NCBI GenBank assembly: GCA_963666285.1
Contig: OY762711.1
DNA: 64,000 nt
Direction: 5' to 3' (one strand)
From: Sedimentisphaerales bacterium
Lineage (GTDB): Bacteria > Planctomycetota > Phycisphaerae > Sedimentisphaerales > SM23-30
In this document: piece after piece, positions 48,947-60,400 of the stretch
Layout: the number at the start of each line of letters is the position of its first letter
How positions within the stretch are numbered: the first letter of the stretch is position 1
Program-made: the position numbers and the translations under genes
The notes under the pieces: generated by a model
The model's database searches: none
Seen by the model: only the letters and a program-made list of their open reading frames with translations
Told to the model about the DNA's origin: nothing

Positions 48947-50116
48947 TTATTGTTTTTTGCGTCCCCAAGCCGGCCACCCCCAGTTCCGGTCGGTCTTGTG
49001 ACGGTGATATCCGCGACGCTGCCTGCAAACGGGTTGAGCAGAGACACTAGTAACTTTAACACATCCGGCCAGATCAGTGTCAATTGTTATCCGGCTGCTG
49101 CGTAACAACAAGATCATATTGCCGCTGCGACCGTCAGCGACCACTTCAAACTCAACGCCCGGCATAAGTCCCATTCCAAGTATGCGTTCCCGTTCACATT
49201 TATTATTGACGCGTACAACTTTAAGACGTTCACCTTCCAGACAATCGTTAAGCGTGCGAGTGGCAGATTCTTTTTCAAGGCATTCGCTACAAACTCCTTT
49301 AATGATAAGGTGATGGTCAAGCACTTTGAAATTAGCCTGTCGGGCAGATTCATCCTGAAAATATTCCAGGCGCGGGTCATAAAACTCTATAATACCACCG
49401 CATTTGACGCAATAGTAATGATCATGATGCGATTCAGGGTGGAGGTGTTCGTATACAACTTTTCCGCCGACATAAAGGGGTTCGGCAAATCGATGTTCAC
49501 AAAGAATATCAATCACCGCCTGAACCTGCGAATCCGAGACATCCGGGGCCACGGTTTTACATTCCTGAACCAGACTTTCCAGTGAATGATGAAGGTCACT
49601 ACACATAAACACCTTGATTATCTTCTGCTGGCGGTCAGTCAGTTTTGTGCCGCACTCTGTCAGTATATCGATAACCCTGGATGGCAGGTCTCTTTCGCCC
49701 CGCTCAGATTCCTTTGGTAATTCACTTGAGGATAACCGCTGAGCCTGACAGTCCATGCTGGCAACCATCTTTTCAAGTACCTCCGGATCAATAACATGTT
49801 CCATCCGGCAGGCGTTTTCTTCGGCGACCTCAGGATCGATCATTAATTTTTCGACAAGATAGTTTCGGATAGCCTGATGCCGGGCATATACCTGACGAGC
49901 ACGTATCTCGCCCTTATCGGTGAGAGTAATCGGGGCATAAGAAGAATAGTTGATCAGGTCCTTCTCAGACAGCTGCTTGAGAGCCCATGACACGCTGGAT
50001 TTTTTAACATCCAGCATCTGGGCAATTTTATTGGCATTTGCCGCGTCTTCAGAAAGACAAAGTGTATATATTGCCTCAAGGTAATCTTCGAGGCTGGAAC
50101 TAAGTTTTTTATCCAT
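48947..50116 (-). CDS. DtxR/MntR-Fur-FeoA fusion metalloregulator
   Basis: EDYLE and ACRMEH (DtxR); HHDHYYCVKC...CSEC (Fur); RILGMGLMPG (FeoA). Confidence 0.88.
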   Translation of the reverse strand: MDKKLSSSLEDYLEAIYTLCLSEDAANANKIAQMLDVKKSSVSWALKQLSEKDLINYSSYAPITLTDKGEIRARQVYARHQAIRNYLVEKLMIDPEVAEENACRMEHVIDPEVLEKMVASMDCQAQRLSSSELPKESERGERDLPSRVIDILTECGTKLTDRQQKIIKVFMCSDLHHSLESLVQECKTVAPDVSDSQVQAVIDILCEHRFAEPLYVGGKVVYEHLHPESHHDHYYCVKCGGIIEFYDPRLEYFQDESARQANFKVLDHHLIIKGVCSECLEKESATRTLNDCLEGERLKVVRVNNKCERERILGMGLMPGVEFEVVADGRSGNMILLLRSSRITIDTDLAGCVKVTSVSAQPVCRQRRGYHRHKTDRNWGWPAWGRKKQ

Positions 50117-50263
50117 TTATTACTCGTCTAAAAATACTACTATAGAGTTTCATTAAAATGTTTAATTGCAAACACTTAACTCTTAGCTGTGATATCTTAC
50201 CCCCCAAAATAAACCCGGTATATAACCACCAGACTATTGTTCGATTTCTCTAACTTCAGATGA

Positions 50264-50292
50264 ATTGTAAGATTAGCCTAACATCTTGTCAA
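50264..50292 (-). promoter_or_regulatory. Sigma70 promoter with a DtxR-type operator in its spacer
   Basis: - strand TTGACA-N17-TACAAT; 50268-50286 TAAGATTAGCCTAACATCT matches TTAGGTTAGCCTAACCTAA at 14/19. Confidence 0.7.
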
Positions 50293-50661
50293 GATGAAAG
50301 GAAATATGCGAATGATCTTTCACATAAATGCAATGCCGCCAGAACAAGAAAGCTGATTTTTGCACATTTGATAATCAAATATCAGTACTGAAAAGGCTGT
50401 TTGACGGCAGTATAACCGTCATAATCGGAAATACATTCTTAGCTTAACAATGGAAAAAAAATCTAATCATTATATTTACGTATTCTGTTTGTTTTTAAGA
50501 GCTTATTAATATTACATTTAGCTGTCAGGAGATAATCCTGACAACGGCAGAATAATAAACAATTGAAAACACACAAGTTATAGCGTTGCACTTTGGATGT
50601 ATGACAGCGGCAGAAATTGAGGCTTTTGCCAGCGGTCAAAAACGCATTTCCAGGAGGAAAT

Positions 50662-53600
50662 ATGAAAACATCCAGGTCCAAAGCAATAAAACGCGCCCGC
50701 CAATTCACACTCGAATCTCTCGAAAACCGTACCCTTTTAAATGCATCTTCCATTGCACAGGCTATTGACTGGCACGAACTGGAACATCAATATACAGATG
50801 CTTACGCAAAAGAAGGTTATGGTCATGCCGATCCAATATTCTCTGATCCAAGCGCATGGGACACAGCTTTTCTTGAAAGTGTACCTTATAATGACAGTAG
50901 CGATACGACTCCAGGCGGATGCACAGTATGTACAGGTTGCGGTCGATGTACCGGCAGCCAAGCATCTCAAACATCAGAAATTGAAGACAGTTTAGAATCC
51001 GATATAGAAGGATTATCGCTGGATGATGTATTTTCAGAGCCTCTAACCTCAACATCAACGGCATATACCCTCTACCTGAACTTTGACGCAGCCCGAGTAT
51101 ACAGCCAGTCAGGCGATTTCTGGCTAGGAAGCACTTATATCGATGTGCCGGGCTACGACCTGAGCATGTTCGGCTGGGACGGTTATGAAAGTCAAAGTAT
51201 AGATTACATAACCAATTTTGTAACAGAAGACTATGCGGCATATAACGTAACCGTAACGAATACCGAGCCAACAAATGGTGAATACACAACTATATATGTC
51301 GGCGGAACATCAGACTGGTTCCAGGCAAACAGCAATATAATAGGTGTGGCCAGCTACGACATTAACAACCGGGACGCATCAAATTATGGCTTTGCCTTTA
51401 CCGAAGAACTCGGCACATACTATAACTATTCGGGCGGTTCCTTACTAAATTTCAGTGAATATGTGGCAAACCTGATATCCCATGAAGCGGCACATACTTT
51501 TGGAGCCAACCATATCAATGATCCGAGCTATTTAATGAACCCGTATCTGCCGACATCACCAAGGACATCAAGTTTTGGAGTCGGAACAATATCAAACAGC
51601 AGTTCAACACAAGACACACAAGATTTGCTGGGCAATAATATGGGTTACCTGGGTTCACTGGATGATTACGGAGACACAGTATCAAGTGCCGAAACAATCA
51701 GTATGAACACCAATACAATAAGCGGTCTTCTGGAAAAAATAACAGATACAGATGCTTTTACGTTTACAGCAGATGCGTCAGGCACTTTTACTGTTGACCT
51801 GTCAACAACAGTTTACGGCAACCTGGATTCAACACTGACTATTTACGATGCCAATAATAATCAGATCGCATACAATGATGACTATTACAGCAGTAATGAT
51901 TCGCTAGTATCTTTCAATGTGACACAAGGCCAGGAATATACAATAGTAGTAGGCAGCTCAAATTACGAGACTTCCGGCACTTATATGCTGAGTTTTACAG
52001 CACCAGAAGGTACACCGGAAATAGAAGTAACTGACACAGAAGGCAGCAGCAGCGACCTGACAATAGATTTTGGCGATATCTATATCGGTCAGCAGCAGAC
52101 ATATACAGTTAAGATTGCCAACAGCGGCTTGAAAGCCCTGACGATAAGCCAGATAAGCACAACGGGCGATTTTGACTTTTCAATACCTAACAATAAAAGC
52201 TCAAATTTGAATATTAGCGCCGGTGATTACACGACTATCGAAGTTACATTCGAGCCGAATTCAGTTTCATCGGAAACAGGCCAGATAATAATCCGGAGCA
52301 ATGACGCTGACAACTCAACAATAATAATTAATGTAAGCGGAACCGGACTGGCAAACGATCCTGACATAGAAATCGCAAATACTGAAAACGGTACTATCGA
52401 TTTCGGTTCGATAATGACAGAGGTAATCGGCAGCGGAACAATAACAGTAAATAATACCGGTATCAATACACTGGAGATCAGTTCTTTTGATGTACCTGAC
52501 GGATTCAACATTGATATTGACACATTAAGTATCGCACCGGGTGAAAGCGAAACAATAAGTATATGGTTTACTTCCAATGAGACAGTATCATTGAACGGAG
52601 AACTTGTTATATACAGCAATGATCCAGATGAATCAGTGACAACTGTAATCCTTACCGCCGAAATATACAGCCCGGAAGATTACATAGCAAATACTTCATT
52701 GAGTTTTGAAGAAGCAGACGGAGTAAACGACGGCATTATTGACGGCGGAAGTATAGAAACAGGCAAAGACTCAATCATAGATCTATGGATAATCAGTAAC
52801 AACGGTTCAACTGATGTTACCCTTGATGTTAATCGCGTACTCGGCTCTGTTTTTGCGATGCCGACAGAAATTACAATAGCATCAGGTGAAACATATACAC
52901 TCAGCACGACATTCAACAGTTCATCGGCGTACACATATACTGACGAAATAGCAATTACGTTCGGCGAAGAACAGGCAACAGCTCCATTAACATTAACAGT
53001 TGAAGCGTATGCAGAATTCGGCGACAGAGATAAGTTTGAATTTTTTGATAGTGATGGTGACTTTGTTTCAGTTATCCTGAAGAATGCGACAGGAAGGATA
53101 ACTCTTAACTCTGACGGCAGCCCTGATATTAAAAACATAGAGATAAGCAACAACCAGGGCAATGCCAGCCTGGTAATTAAAACCGACAAAGATGGTCATA
53201 CCACAGTTGGAGATATTACCGGCAGCGGAGAGATTAAATCAATTACAGGCAAAACAACAGACCTTGCCGGTGAAATTAATATTGATGGAACTGTAGGGAA
53301 AATTCAGCTTGACAATATTCAAGATGAAGCATCCATAGACATTGAAACCGACTATAAAGGTACCAGCCTGCAATTTAACAACACAGAAGGAAAGATCAAC
53401 ATCGACGGCCTGCTAAAAGGCATAAAGGCTACCGGTGACATAGGCGGCGAGATAACAGTAAACGGTGATATCAAATCAATAAAAACCAGTTACAATATCA
53501 ACGCTACAATTAACGCCTATGGATATATCAATGCAGTAAACGCTCTGAACCTGGACAATGCCGACATTGAATCGAGCAGTTATATCAAAACGGTAAATGT

Positions 53601-53940
53601 CAAAGGCGACATGATAGACACAAGCATTTCAGCCGGTTATTCAAATGAATTTGGCTATGGCGAAGATTATGCATTGATCAATAAGCTAAGCGTAAAAGGA
53701 TTATTTATGGGCAGTACAGTTGAATCCGGCCTTATGCCCGAAAACAAAGGTTCAATGTACAACTCAGATACACCGGTTGTTACAATCAACAATATAAAAA
53801 TCGGAAGTGTAATAACTGACAATAACGGTGAAACATTTGGAATCTTTGCCGGTGGTTATGTAAATAAGGTAACAGTTGGCAAGGTAAAAATAACCGAAGA
53901 CTACCAGGAAAATGACTTTGTAGTATTAAATGAACAATAA
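50662..53940 (+). CDS. Large extracellular metzincin metalloprotease (Planc_extracel N-terminus, PPC and Ig-like/ASH repeats)
   Basis: LESLENRTLL; HEAAHTFGANH plus Met-turn YLMNP; SNDPDE-type Ig repeats. Start placed at ATG 50662 after AGGAGG. Confidence 0.85.
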   Translation: MKTSRSKAIKRARQFTLESLENRTLLNASSIAQAIDWHELEHQYTDAYAKEGYGHADPIFSDPSAWDTAFLESVPYNDSSDTTPGGCTVCTGCGRCTGSQASQTSEIEDSLESDIEGLSLDDVFSEPLTSTSTAYTLYLNFDAARVYSQSGDFWLGSTYIDVPGYDLSMFGWDGYESQSIDYITNFVTEDYAAYNVTVTNTEPTNGEYTTIYVGGTSDWFQANSNIIGVASYDINNRDASNYGFAFTEELGTYYNYSGGSLLNFSEYVANLISHEAAHTFGANHINDPSYLMNPYLPTSPRTSSFGVGTISNSSSTQDTQDLLGNNMGYLGSLDDYGDTVSSAETISMNTNTISGLLEKITDTDAFTFTADASGTFTVDLSTTVYGNLDSTLTIYDANNNQIAYNDDYYSSNDSLVSFNVTQGQEYTIVVGSSNYETSGTYMLSFTAPEGTPEIEVTDTEGSSSDLTIDFGDIYIGQQQTYTVKIANSGLKALTISQISTTGDFDFSIPNNKSSNLNISAGDYTTIEVTFEPNSVSSETGQIIIRSNDADNSTIIINVSGTGLANDPDIEIANTENGTIDFGSIMTEVIGSGTITVNNTGINTLEISSFDVPDGFNIDIDTLSIAPGESETISIWFTSNETVSLNGELVIYSNDPDESVTTVILTAEIYSPEDYIANTSLSFEEADGVNDGIIDGGSIETGKDSIIDLWIISNNGSTDVTLDVNRVLGSVFAMPTEITIASGETYTLSTTFNSSSAYTYTDEIAITFGEEQATAPLTLTVEAYAEFGDRDKFEFFDSDGDFVSVILKNATGRITLNSDGSPDIKNIEISNNQGNASLVIKTDKDGHTTVGDITGSGEIKSITGKTTDLAGEINIDGTVGKIQLDNIQDEASIDIETDYKGTSLQFNNTEGKINIDGLLKGIKATGDIGGEITVNGDIKSIKTSYNINATINAYGYINAVNALNLDNADIESSSYIKTVNVKGDMIDTSISAGYSNEFGYGEDYALINKLSVKGLFMGSTVESGLMPENKGSMYNSDTPVVTINNIKIGSVITDNNGETFGIFAGGYVNKVTVGKVKITEDYQENDFVVLNEQ

Positions 53941-53983
53941 CCTTACGTTGTTCAAAGAGCAACATAAGCAGTGAGAAACTAAT

Positions 53984-54022
53984 AGTGAAAAATTAAGGTG
54001 TTGCAACACAACCTTCATTTAA
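53984..54022 (+). repeat. REP-like module, family B copy
   Basis: AGTGAAAAATTAAGGTGTTGCAACACAACCTTCATTTAA. Confidence 0.65.
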
Positions 54023-54023
54023 C

Positions 54024-56090
54024 TTATTCGAAAGTGAGCCAATCCGGTTTGACCCGATCATCCGGAGAACGAACAATCTGGACCTGGCATTTCGGCAGTG
54101 CCTCAACAAACATACTGCCGTATGCCTTTGTGACAACCCGCGGATCAAGAATCACGACAATGCCTTTATCAGAAGCAGACCGGATCAATCTGCCGAATCC
54201 CTGCTTCAGTTTAAGGACCGCCTCGGGGATCTGATAGTCAAAGAACGGACTACCGCCGTCTGCGGCTATCTTTTCCATACGAGCCTGCAAAAGCGGGTGG
54301 GTCGGGACAGCAAACGGGAGTTTGAAAATAATAACATTACTCAGACTTTCCCCGCGAACATCAACCCCCTGCCAGAAGCTGTCAACGCCAAGCAGGACAC
54401 TACTTGTGTCATATCGGAATTTTTCGAGGATATCCTGCCGGTTTGAACCAGCTCCGTGTATCAGTAAATTTATATTATTTGAGATACAGAAGCTTTCCAA
54501 TGCATTAGCAACTTTTTTAAGATGGACAAAACTGGTAAAAAGAATAAACGCCCTGCCTTGCGTCATTAACAGGTATTGCTTTATGGCATCTACAGCAGCG
54601 GCCATAAAGTCAACTTCGCTATTACCGCGAGGTTCCGGCAAAGCAGCCTCAACAAATACCTTTGCCTGAGATTCGTAATCGAACGGAGAGCCAAGATGCA
54701 AGGTATCACATCTATTGAGCCCGACTCTTTTGGTAAAGTAACGAAAACCCGGCGGGACATCGCCCTGGCCATCGGCATGACATGATTTATGTGATTCTTC
54801 TTTTCTGCCGGCAATACTTATTGTAGCGCTGGTCATAACTACAGACTCAAAAGAATCAAAAAGAGCTTCTTTGAGTACCGGTCCCAGGTCAAGCGGAGAA
54901 GCATTCAAGCTGGCAAACAGGTTGCCAAAGCGGTTACGACGAGCTTCAACCCAGTATACGCAAGGAGTGTCTACAGACTGGGAGACAAACTGGTCGACAC
55001 TTATGGCAAAGCTCTTACATCTATTAACATAATACACATACTCCATACGGTCTTCATCTTTGATCTCATTATCAGCGATACGGGTGATATCATTGGCCAG
55101 TTTCTCCAACGGCCCCGACAGGCAATTCATAAAGGCCTGTGGTTTCATTACGCGGCTGTTTGAGCCACTGTTGCGAGAATCATTATCGAAACGTTCTACT
55201 TCTTCAAAGAATACATCTGAAGCGGACACACACTCTTCGATAAGACGATTGGTATTATTAGTCATGACCCTGGCGAGAACACCGCGGCCTGTTTTCTTAT
55301 TGAAAAGTCGGTTGAGCATATAACGAACCTGGTAGTTGCTAACCTGCAGTCCGAAATGACTCCCGGCGGTTTTTTCCATGTTATGAGCTTCATCAAAAAC
55401 AACATAGTTGTAATCGGGCAGTACCTGAGCCTTGGTAAGCCGGGCGGCCAGGTCAGTGAATAACAAGGCATGGTTTACAATGAGTATATCCGCGTTGTAG
55501 GTCTGCTTGCGAGCTTTCTGATAAAAGCAGCTATCATACATTCCGCATCTTCTACCGGGGCATATAGCCGGGTCGCTGCGAACCAGCTCCCAGACACTTC
55601 GCTCAGGGGTAAAATCCATATCGCTAAGTGAGCCTTCACGGGCAGACATAGCCCATTGCTTAATATCACTTAGCTGGTCATATTGCCAGTCATCGTCAAA
55701 CAGCGTCTTGCCGGCAGCCATAGCCTTGTCAAGCCTGCGCCAGCAAAGGTAGTTGCCCCTGCCCTTAACAAGAACTGCTTTGAAATTGAAGTTACCGGCT
55801 TTCTTTAGAAAAGGAATATCTTTGAGGATGAGCTGTTCCTGGAGCGAAATAGTATAGGTACTGATAACGATTTTTCGTTTATGGGCATCATCCAGGAATG
55901 GTAGAACCGCAGCAGTATAGGCAAAGCTTTTGCCAGTGCCGGTGCCAGCTTCAACAACCAAATGCCGCTTATTGGAAATGGCGTTTCCAATAGCTTCTGC
56001 CATATCGAGCTGCTCCTGGCGAAGCTCGTAATCGTCAAGTTGTCTGGCAATAGGGCCATCCGGGCCCAATAATTCAAGCGGATCTATCAT
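54024..56090 (-). CDS. dinG: DinG/YoaA-family ATP-dependent DNA helicase
   Basis: EAGTGTGKS, KGRGNYLC, FeS cysteines, DEAH, QGFGRLIR. Confidence 0.9.
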   Translation of the reverse strand: MIDPLELLGPDGPIARQLDDYELRQEQLDMAEAIGNAISNKRHLVVEAGTGTGKSFAYTAAVLPFLDDAHKRKIVISTYTISLQEQLILKDIPFLKKAGNFNFKAVLVKGRGNYLCWRRLDKAMAAGKTLFDDDWQYDQLSDIKQWAMSAREGSLSDMDFTPERSVWELVRSDPAICPGRRCGMYDSCFYQKARKQTYNADILIVNHALLFTDLAARLTKAQVLPDYNYVVFDEAHNMEKTAGSHFGLQVSNYQVRYMLNRLFNKKTGRGVLARVMTNNTNRLIEECVSASDVFFEEVERFDNDSRNSGSNSRVMKPQAFMNCLSGPLEKLANDITRIADNEIKDEDRMEYVYYVNRCKSFAISVDQFVSQSVDTPCVYWVEARRNRFGNLFASLNASPLDLGPVLKEALFDSFESVVMTSATISIAGRKEESHKSCHADGQGDVPPGFRYFTKRVGLNRCDTLHLGSPFDYESQAKVFVEAALPEPRGNSEVDFMAAAVDAIKQYLLMTQGRAFILFTSFVHLKKVANALESFCISNNINLLIHGAGSNRQDILEKFRYDTSSVLLGVDSFWQGVDVRGESLSNVIIFKLPFAVPTHPLLQARMEKIAADGGSPFFDYQIPEAVLKLKQGFGRLIRSASDKGIVVILDPRVVTKAYGSMFVEALPKCQVQIVRSPDDRVKPDWLTFE

Positions 56091-56164
56091 ATTGTACCAT
56101 TTATCAGTATTAAACGTATTTTCACAAAGAAGTAATTATCGTCGAAATATGTATTTGTCGCAAT

Positions 56165-56192
56165 AAAAAAGCCGAAACTAAAGTCTCGGCTT
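56165..56192 (-). terminator. Intrinsic terminator after hydE
   Basis: A6-GCCGA...TCGGCTT. Confidence 0.65.
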
Positions 56193-56216
56193 GATTATTA
56201 ATAACAGAAGTTCATG

Positions 56217-57266
56217 CTACGTGGCAATCACACCATTTTGCCTACTGCCAGGCCCGGAACCTATGCCCCGATCGATGTTCCTAATTCTTCCCTGGATACA
56301 ATACCGGCAATCAGCAGCAGCTTCGTTAATACATACCTTCGCCGGGTAAATTTCATAGAATTCTCGATATTTCTGCGGTGTAACGTTCGGCATTACAATA
56401 TTAGCACCGCGATTAAGTCCATTTTCGCGTCCGGCAGCTTTGTTTAAGGATGCCAGTGCTGTCGTGCTGGGGATATTGGCTTCCGGGCATACCAAACGAG
56501 TAAGAGCAATTACCTTATAGACCATAAGCTCGGTATTTGGCACCTGCTGACCTTGCGGTAATGCCGTTTCTACAGAAGCAAGCGGTGTATCGTCATTCGG
56601 AATATATGGGCCAACCCCTATCATATCGAGGTCAAGCTGCCTGAAGAGCAGAATGTCATTCGCCAGAATATCGTAGCTCTGATCGGGCAGACCAATCATA
56701 ACCCCGCTACCAATTTCATAACCAAACTCTCTCAGCTTTAGCAACAGCTCAATCCTGGAGAGGTGATCTTTAGTAAGAGGCGGATGTATACTGGCATATA
56801 ACTCCGGATCAGAAGTTTCAAAGCGAAGCAGATATCGGTCAGCACCGTCCTGCCGCCACTGACGAAGCTCATCAAGCGACCGCTCCCCCATACTAAGGGT
56901 AACTGCCAGCGGAGTGGCAGCTTTGATCTCACGTATAATCTCACCGAGCCAATCGGCTTTTATGCCATAGTCTTCACCGGCCTGGAGAACAACAGTGCCG
57001 TAACCGAAACTAACGGCTTCATGGGCACACTCGATAACTTCTTCCCGAGTCATGCGATAACGCTGGAGATTATTACGATCGAACCGTAAGCCGCAATAAG
57101 TACATTGCCGAACACAATAGTTTGAAACTTCGATCAACCCGCGCAGATGTACATCATCGCCTACATATTGCTTGCGTACAGCATCAGCCATATGCCAAAG
57201 CTGTTCAAGCTGATTGGAATCTTCTTCTTTGAGCCAGTCGATAATCTCTTGCTTTGTAAAACTCAT
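56217..57266 (-). CDS. hydE: [FeFe]-hydrogenase H-cluster radical SAM maturase HydE
   Basis: RGLIEVSNYCVRQCTYCG, DMIGVGPYIP, PSTTAL, GANIVMPN, YEIY and a CX7CX2C tail. Confidence 0.9.
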   Translation of the reverse strand: MSFTKQEIIDWLKEEDSNQLEQLWHMADAVRKQYVGDDVHLRGLIEVSNYCVRQCTYCGLRFDRNNLQRYRMTREEVIECAHEAVSFGYGTVVLQAGEDYGIKADWLGEIIREIKAATPLAVTLSMGERSLDELRQWRQDGADRYLLRFETSDPELYASIHPPLTKDHLSRIELLLKLREFGYEIGSGVMIGLPDQSYDILANDILLFRQLDLDMIGVGPYIPNDDTPLASVETALPQGQQVPNTELMVYKVIALTRLVCPEANIPSTTALASLNKAAGRENGLNRGANIVMPNVTPQKYREFYEIYPAKVCINEAAADCRYCIQGRIRNIDRGIGSGPGSRQNGVIAT

Positions 57267-57369
57267 AACCTACCTTCACTTAACAAGTTATAAATCATGC
57301 TAATCTATTGTTACATTATTACATAAGATTATAGCAAAGCGAAAGATAGTTTTTCTTGAAATAGATAAT

Positions 57370-57406
57370 AAAAAAGCACTTGCCAAAGTATTAAGACAAG
57401 TGCTTT
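57370..57406 (-). terminator. Intrinsic terminator
   Basis: A6-GCACTTG...CAAGTGCTTT. Confidence 0.7.
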
Positions 57407-57427
57407 ACAATTTCAATCAATATAAAA

Positions 57428-60400
57428 CTAAATTACATCAACAGTAAACAACCCCGCATTGTAGGAATCGATTTGTGCCGGAAGGGTCTGTGACTTTACA
57501 CTGAGTTTATCACTACCAAAAGCACGCTGATATTTACTTACCGAATCAACTGTTATTGAACCGGTAACGGTGCCAGCTTCCCTGCCTTTCAGCAGCAGTT
57601 TGTCAACATCGTCAATAGTAATATAAGAATTTTCAAAATATAACGCCTGTCCAGACTTGATCGTTATGCTTCCGGCATGGGTAAAGTTTAATTCGGCATC
57701 TGTAAATGAGCCGGATTTGAACTTAACAACACTTTGGGCATCTATAGCACCGCTGAAATCATTTTTAATAGAAATAGTATTAACGGCGCCACTGATATCA
57801 ACATTAATCGTATCAGCTGAATCAGCAACCAAACTATTCAAAGTAAGCCCACTAATATCACCGGAATAAACACCTTTAACTGAAATCTTACCTATAGCCT
57901 GGGTGGCAGTAAGGTCAAACTCGGCACTGGATTTTGACGAAATAATGTCAATATCTTCGACAGAGATAGTACTTCCGGTTATACTGTTAGCAATAAGTTT
58001 AACCAAACCTGAATCAGACTGAATATCGGCATCTTCCAGATCTGTAACCTTGATCTGTATCTTGCCGGATGCTTCATTGATCGTAAGACCGGCAAAATCT
58101 ACAGCCTTTATACTGGAACAGTTACCGTCAACAGTAACATCACCTTCAAAATTGACATAAGGGGCGTTAAGCGACTTCAGGCCTCCATCAATATCAATAT
58201 TTCCTGCAATTATAACCGGTTCATTGGCTGAGCCGCCCTTGATTTTCAGAGAAGCTTTGTCACCACCGGTAATTTCTAATCCATAAATATCCTGAGGCTG
58301 GTCAGCTTCTGCGGAAAGAATGACATAACCGGAAGCATTACTTAAGCTCACCTTAATGTCATTACCTTCCAAATCAGTAACAGTCAGCGGATTTTTATTA
58401 TCCACAGCAACCCGGTTCGGCACCAGAACGGAACTTTCCTTGGCTGTTGAACCGTCAACAAAGACATACATTGCCTGCCAGCCATAATCAATAGTATCAC
58501 CATCAGTAGCGGCGGTGACAATATCTGCTTTCCAGAGAGATTTAGCAGTATCATATGTTAGCGTAACGGCCGGATCGGCCTCGATATCAAACCCATCACC
58601 ATCCAGATCCAGGTAGGCCTGAATATCAGCATCTTCGTCGATATCAAGATAAACCATACCCGAACTGTCAGCAACACTGTAACCGGTAACATAACCGTTA
58701 TCTCCAGGGGTTGAACCACCGCTACCACCACCAGAACCACTTTCGGAGATAGTAACAGAAATATATTCTATATCAGACTGGTTACCGCCGGAGCCGGTAT
58801 TGCCCTGATCATCAACCTGTATCCTGATAGTATCATTCAGACTTGATCCGCGGGTATAAGTAAGCCCGGCAAGAGCTGAATTAACCTCAGCCAGCGTACC
58901 TTCAAACTGGCTAAATGAGAGAGTACCGCTTTGTGTTGTAAGTATCACCCTCAGTTCTCCGCTGCCAGCATCAGAATCAGCAATTGATATACCTGAAACG
59001 GTTGTAACAGTATCATCATCAACTTCAAGACTGGAAGGAGCAGTTAAAACAGGCGGATCGTTTTCAGCAGAAATCATAATGGTAAAATCAACACTATCAG
59101 CCGAATTATCGCCATCATTAAGCGTCCCCCCGTTATCGGAAGCCATTACCGTTACCGTGGTACTGCCTGTAACACCCTGGGCCGGAGTAAAAGTAAGTAT
59201 ACCGGTGTAGTCAATAACAGGAGTAACTTCAAATAAAGAAGTATCATCAACCATAACAAGAAAAATTACTACCTGCCCACTCTCGTTTGGCCCTACAGAG
59301 AGATTCTGAGCCCAAGTTGCACTATATTGACCGCTGTCCTCGGTAACAGACACATCCCCAGCGGGAGTGAATGACGGCGGATCGTTAACGTCAGTTATGC
59401 TGACAGTTACAGTACCAGCAGATGATTCTACCTGACTATCAAACGCTACATAGGTAAAACCGGTATATGCAGTTCCGAATCCATCCTGGTCTGTTACATA
59501 TACCACCCTGCCGTTACTATCTGTGACCACGGAGCCTGCTGTTATAACAGCTCCCTTATAGTCTGAAGCACTGCTATCATATTGATACAATGTTCCTTTG
59601 GCCGGCAACGAATTGATCTTAAATGAAATCGAAAATGCATCTGTATCCAAAGCATTTTCCGCAGCAGTCAAAGTTATAACATTTGACGCATCTTCCAGCC
59701 CGCTGAACTCACTAAGAGCAGTAAGCGGTGCCCGGTTGGTCCAATTGGCATTATTACTGCCGGTAAAATCAATGTAAGTAATAATAGCTGAACTGTCCAG
59801 ATAGGCAGAAAGACCAGAATCCGAATCGTAGGTACAATTTGCCAGATTGGTATTATTCATATCTATTGTTGTTGTAGAAGGCCCACGATCGATAATAAAC
59901 GCAGTAGAGCCGTCAGTACTGTCTATAGTTATTTCAGAGCCATTCGAAGCACCCAGGTCGAGAACGGCAGTACCCTGCATTGTAACAGTTGAACCGCCAA
60001 CAAACTTTAAGGAGCCATTAGCAGTGCTATATTCAAGCTCAGCACCAGATTCGATTAGCGTTTCACCGAGCTGGAACTCATATGCACCAGAAAGAATGTA
60101 TCTACCGCCGGTAAAGTTCACATTTCCATGTAATTTGAAATCATCGTCGGCCAGTGCGGTCAGAGTCTTGTTGGTACCGCTGAGATTTACGGTACTACCG
60201 GAAGCAGCTGAAATATTAGTGGTTGAGCCAGCAGTATTTACTGTCACACTGCCATCAATTGTCAAGATTGCACCACTAGCAACAGAAATAATATCGGCAT
60301 CCTGGTTTAATGTCTGGTCGGCACTAAGCTCAACCTCACCGGCAGAAACCGCTATAGCCTGGCCGCCGGCAGTACTGAAATCAATTGCATTACCAATCGT

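Noticed and set aside
56217..57266. Biotin synthase BioB or PylB call, and hydE being separate from hydF/hydG
   Set aside because: Motifs fit HydE (YxxY, CX7CX2C tail), and dispersed maturase genes are common.
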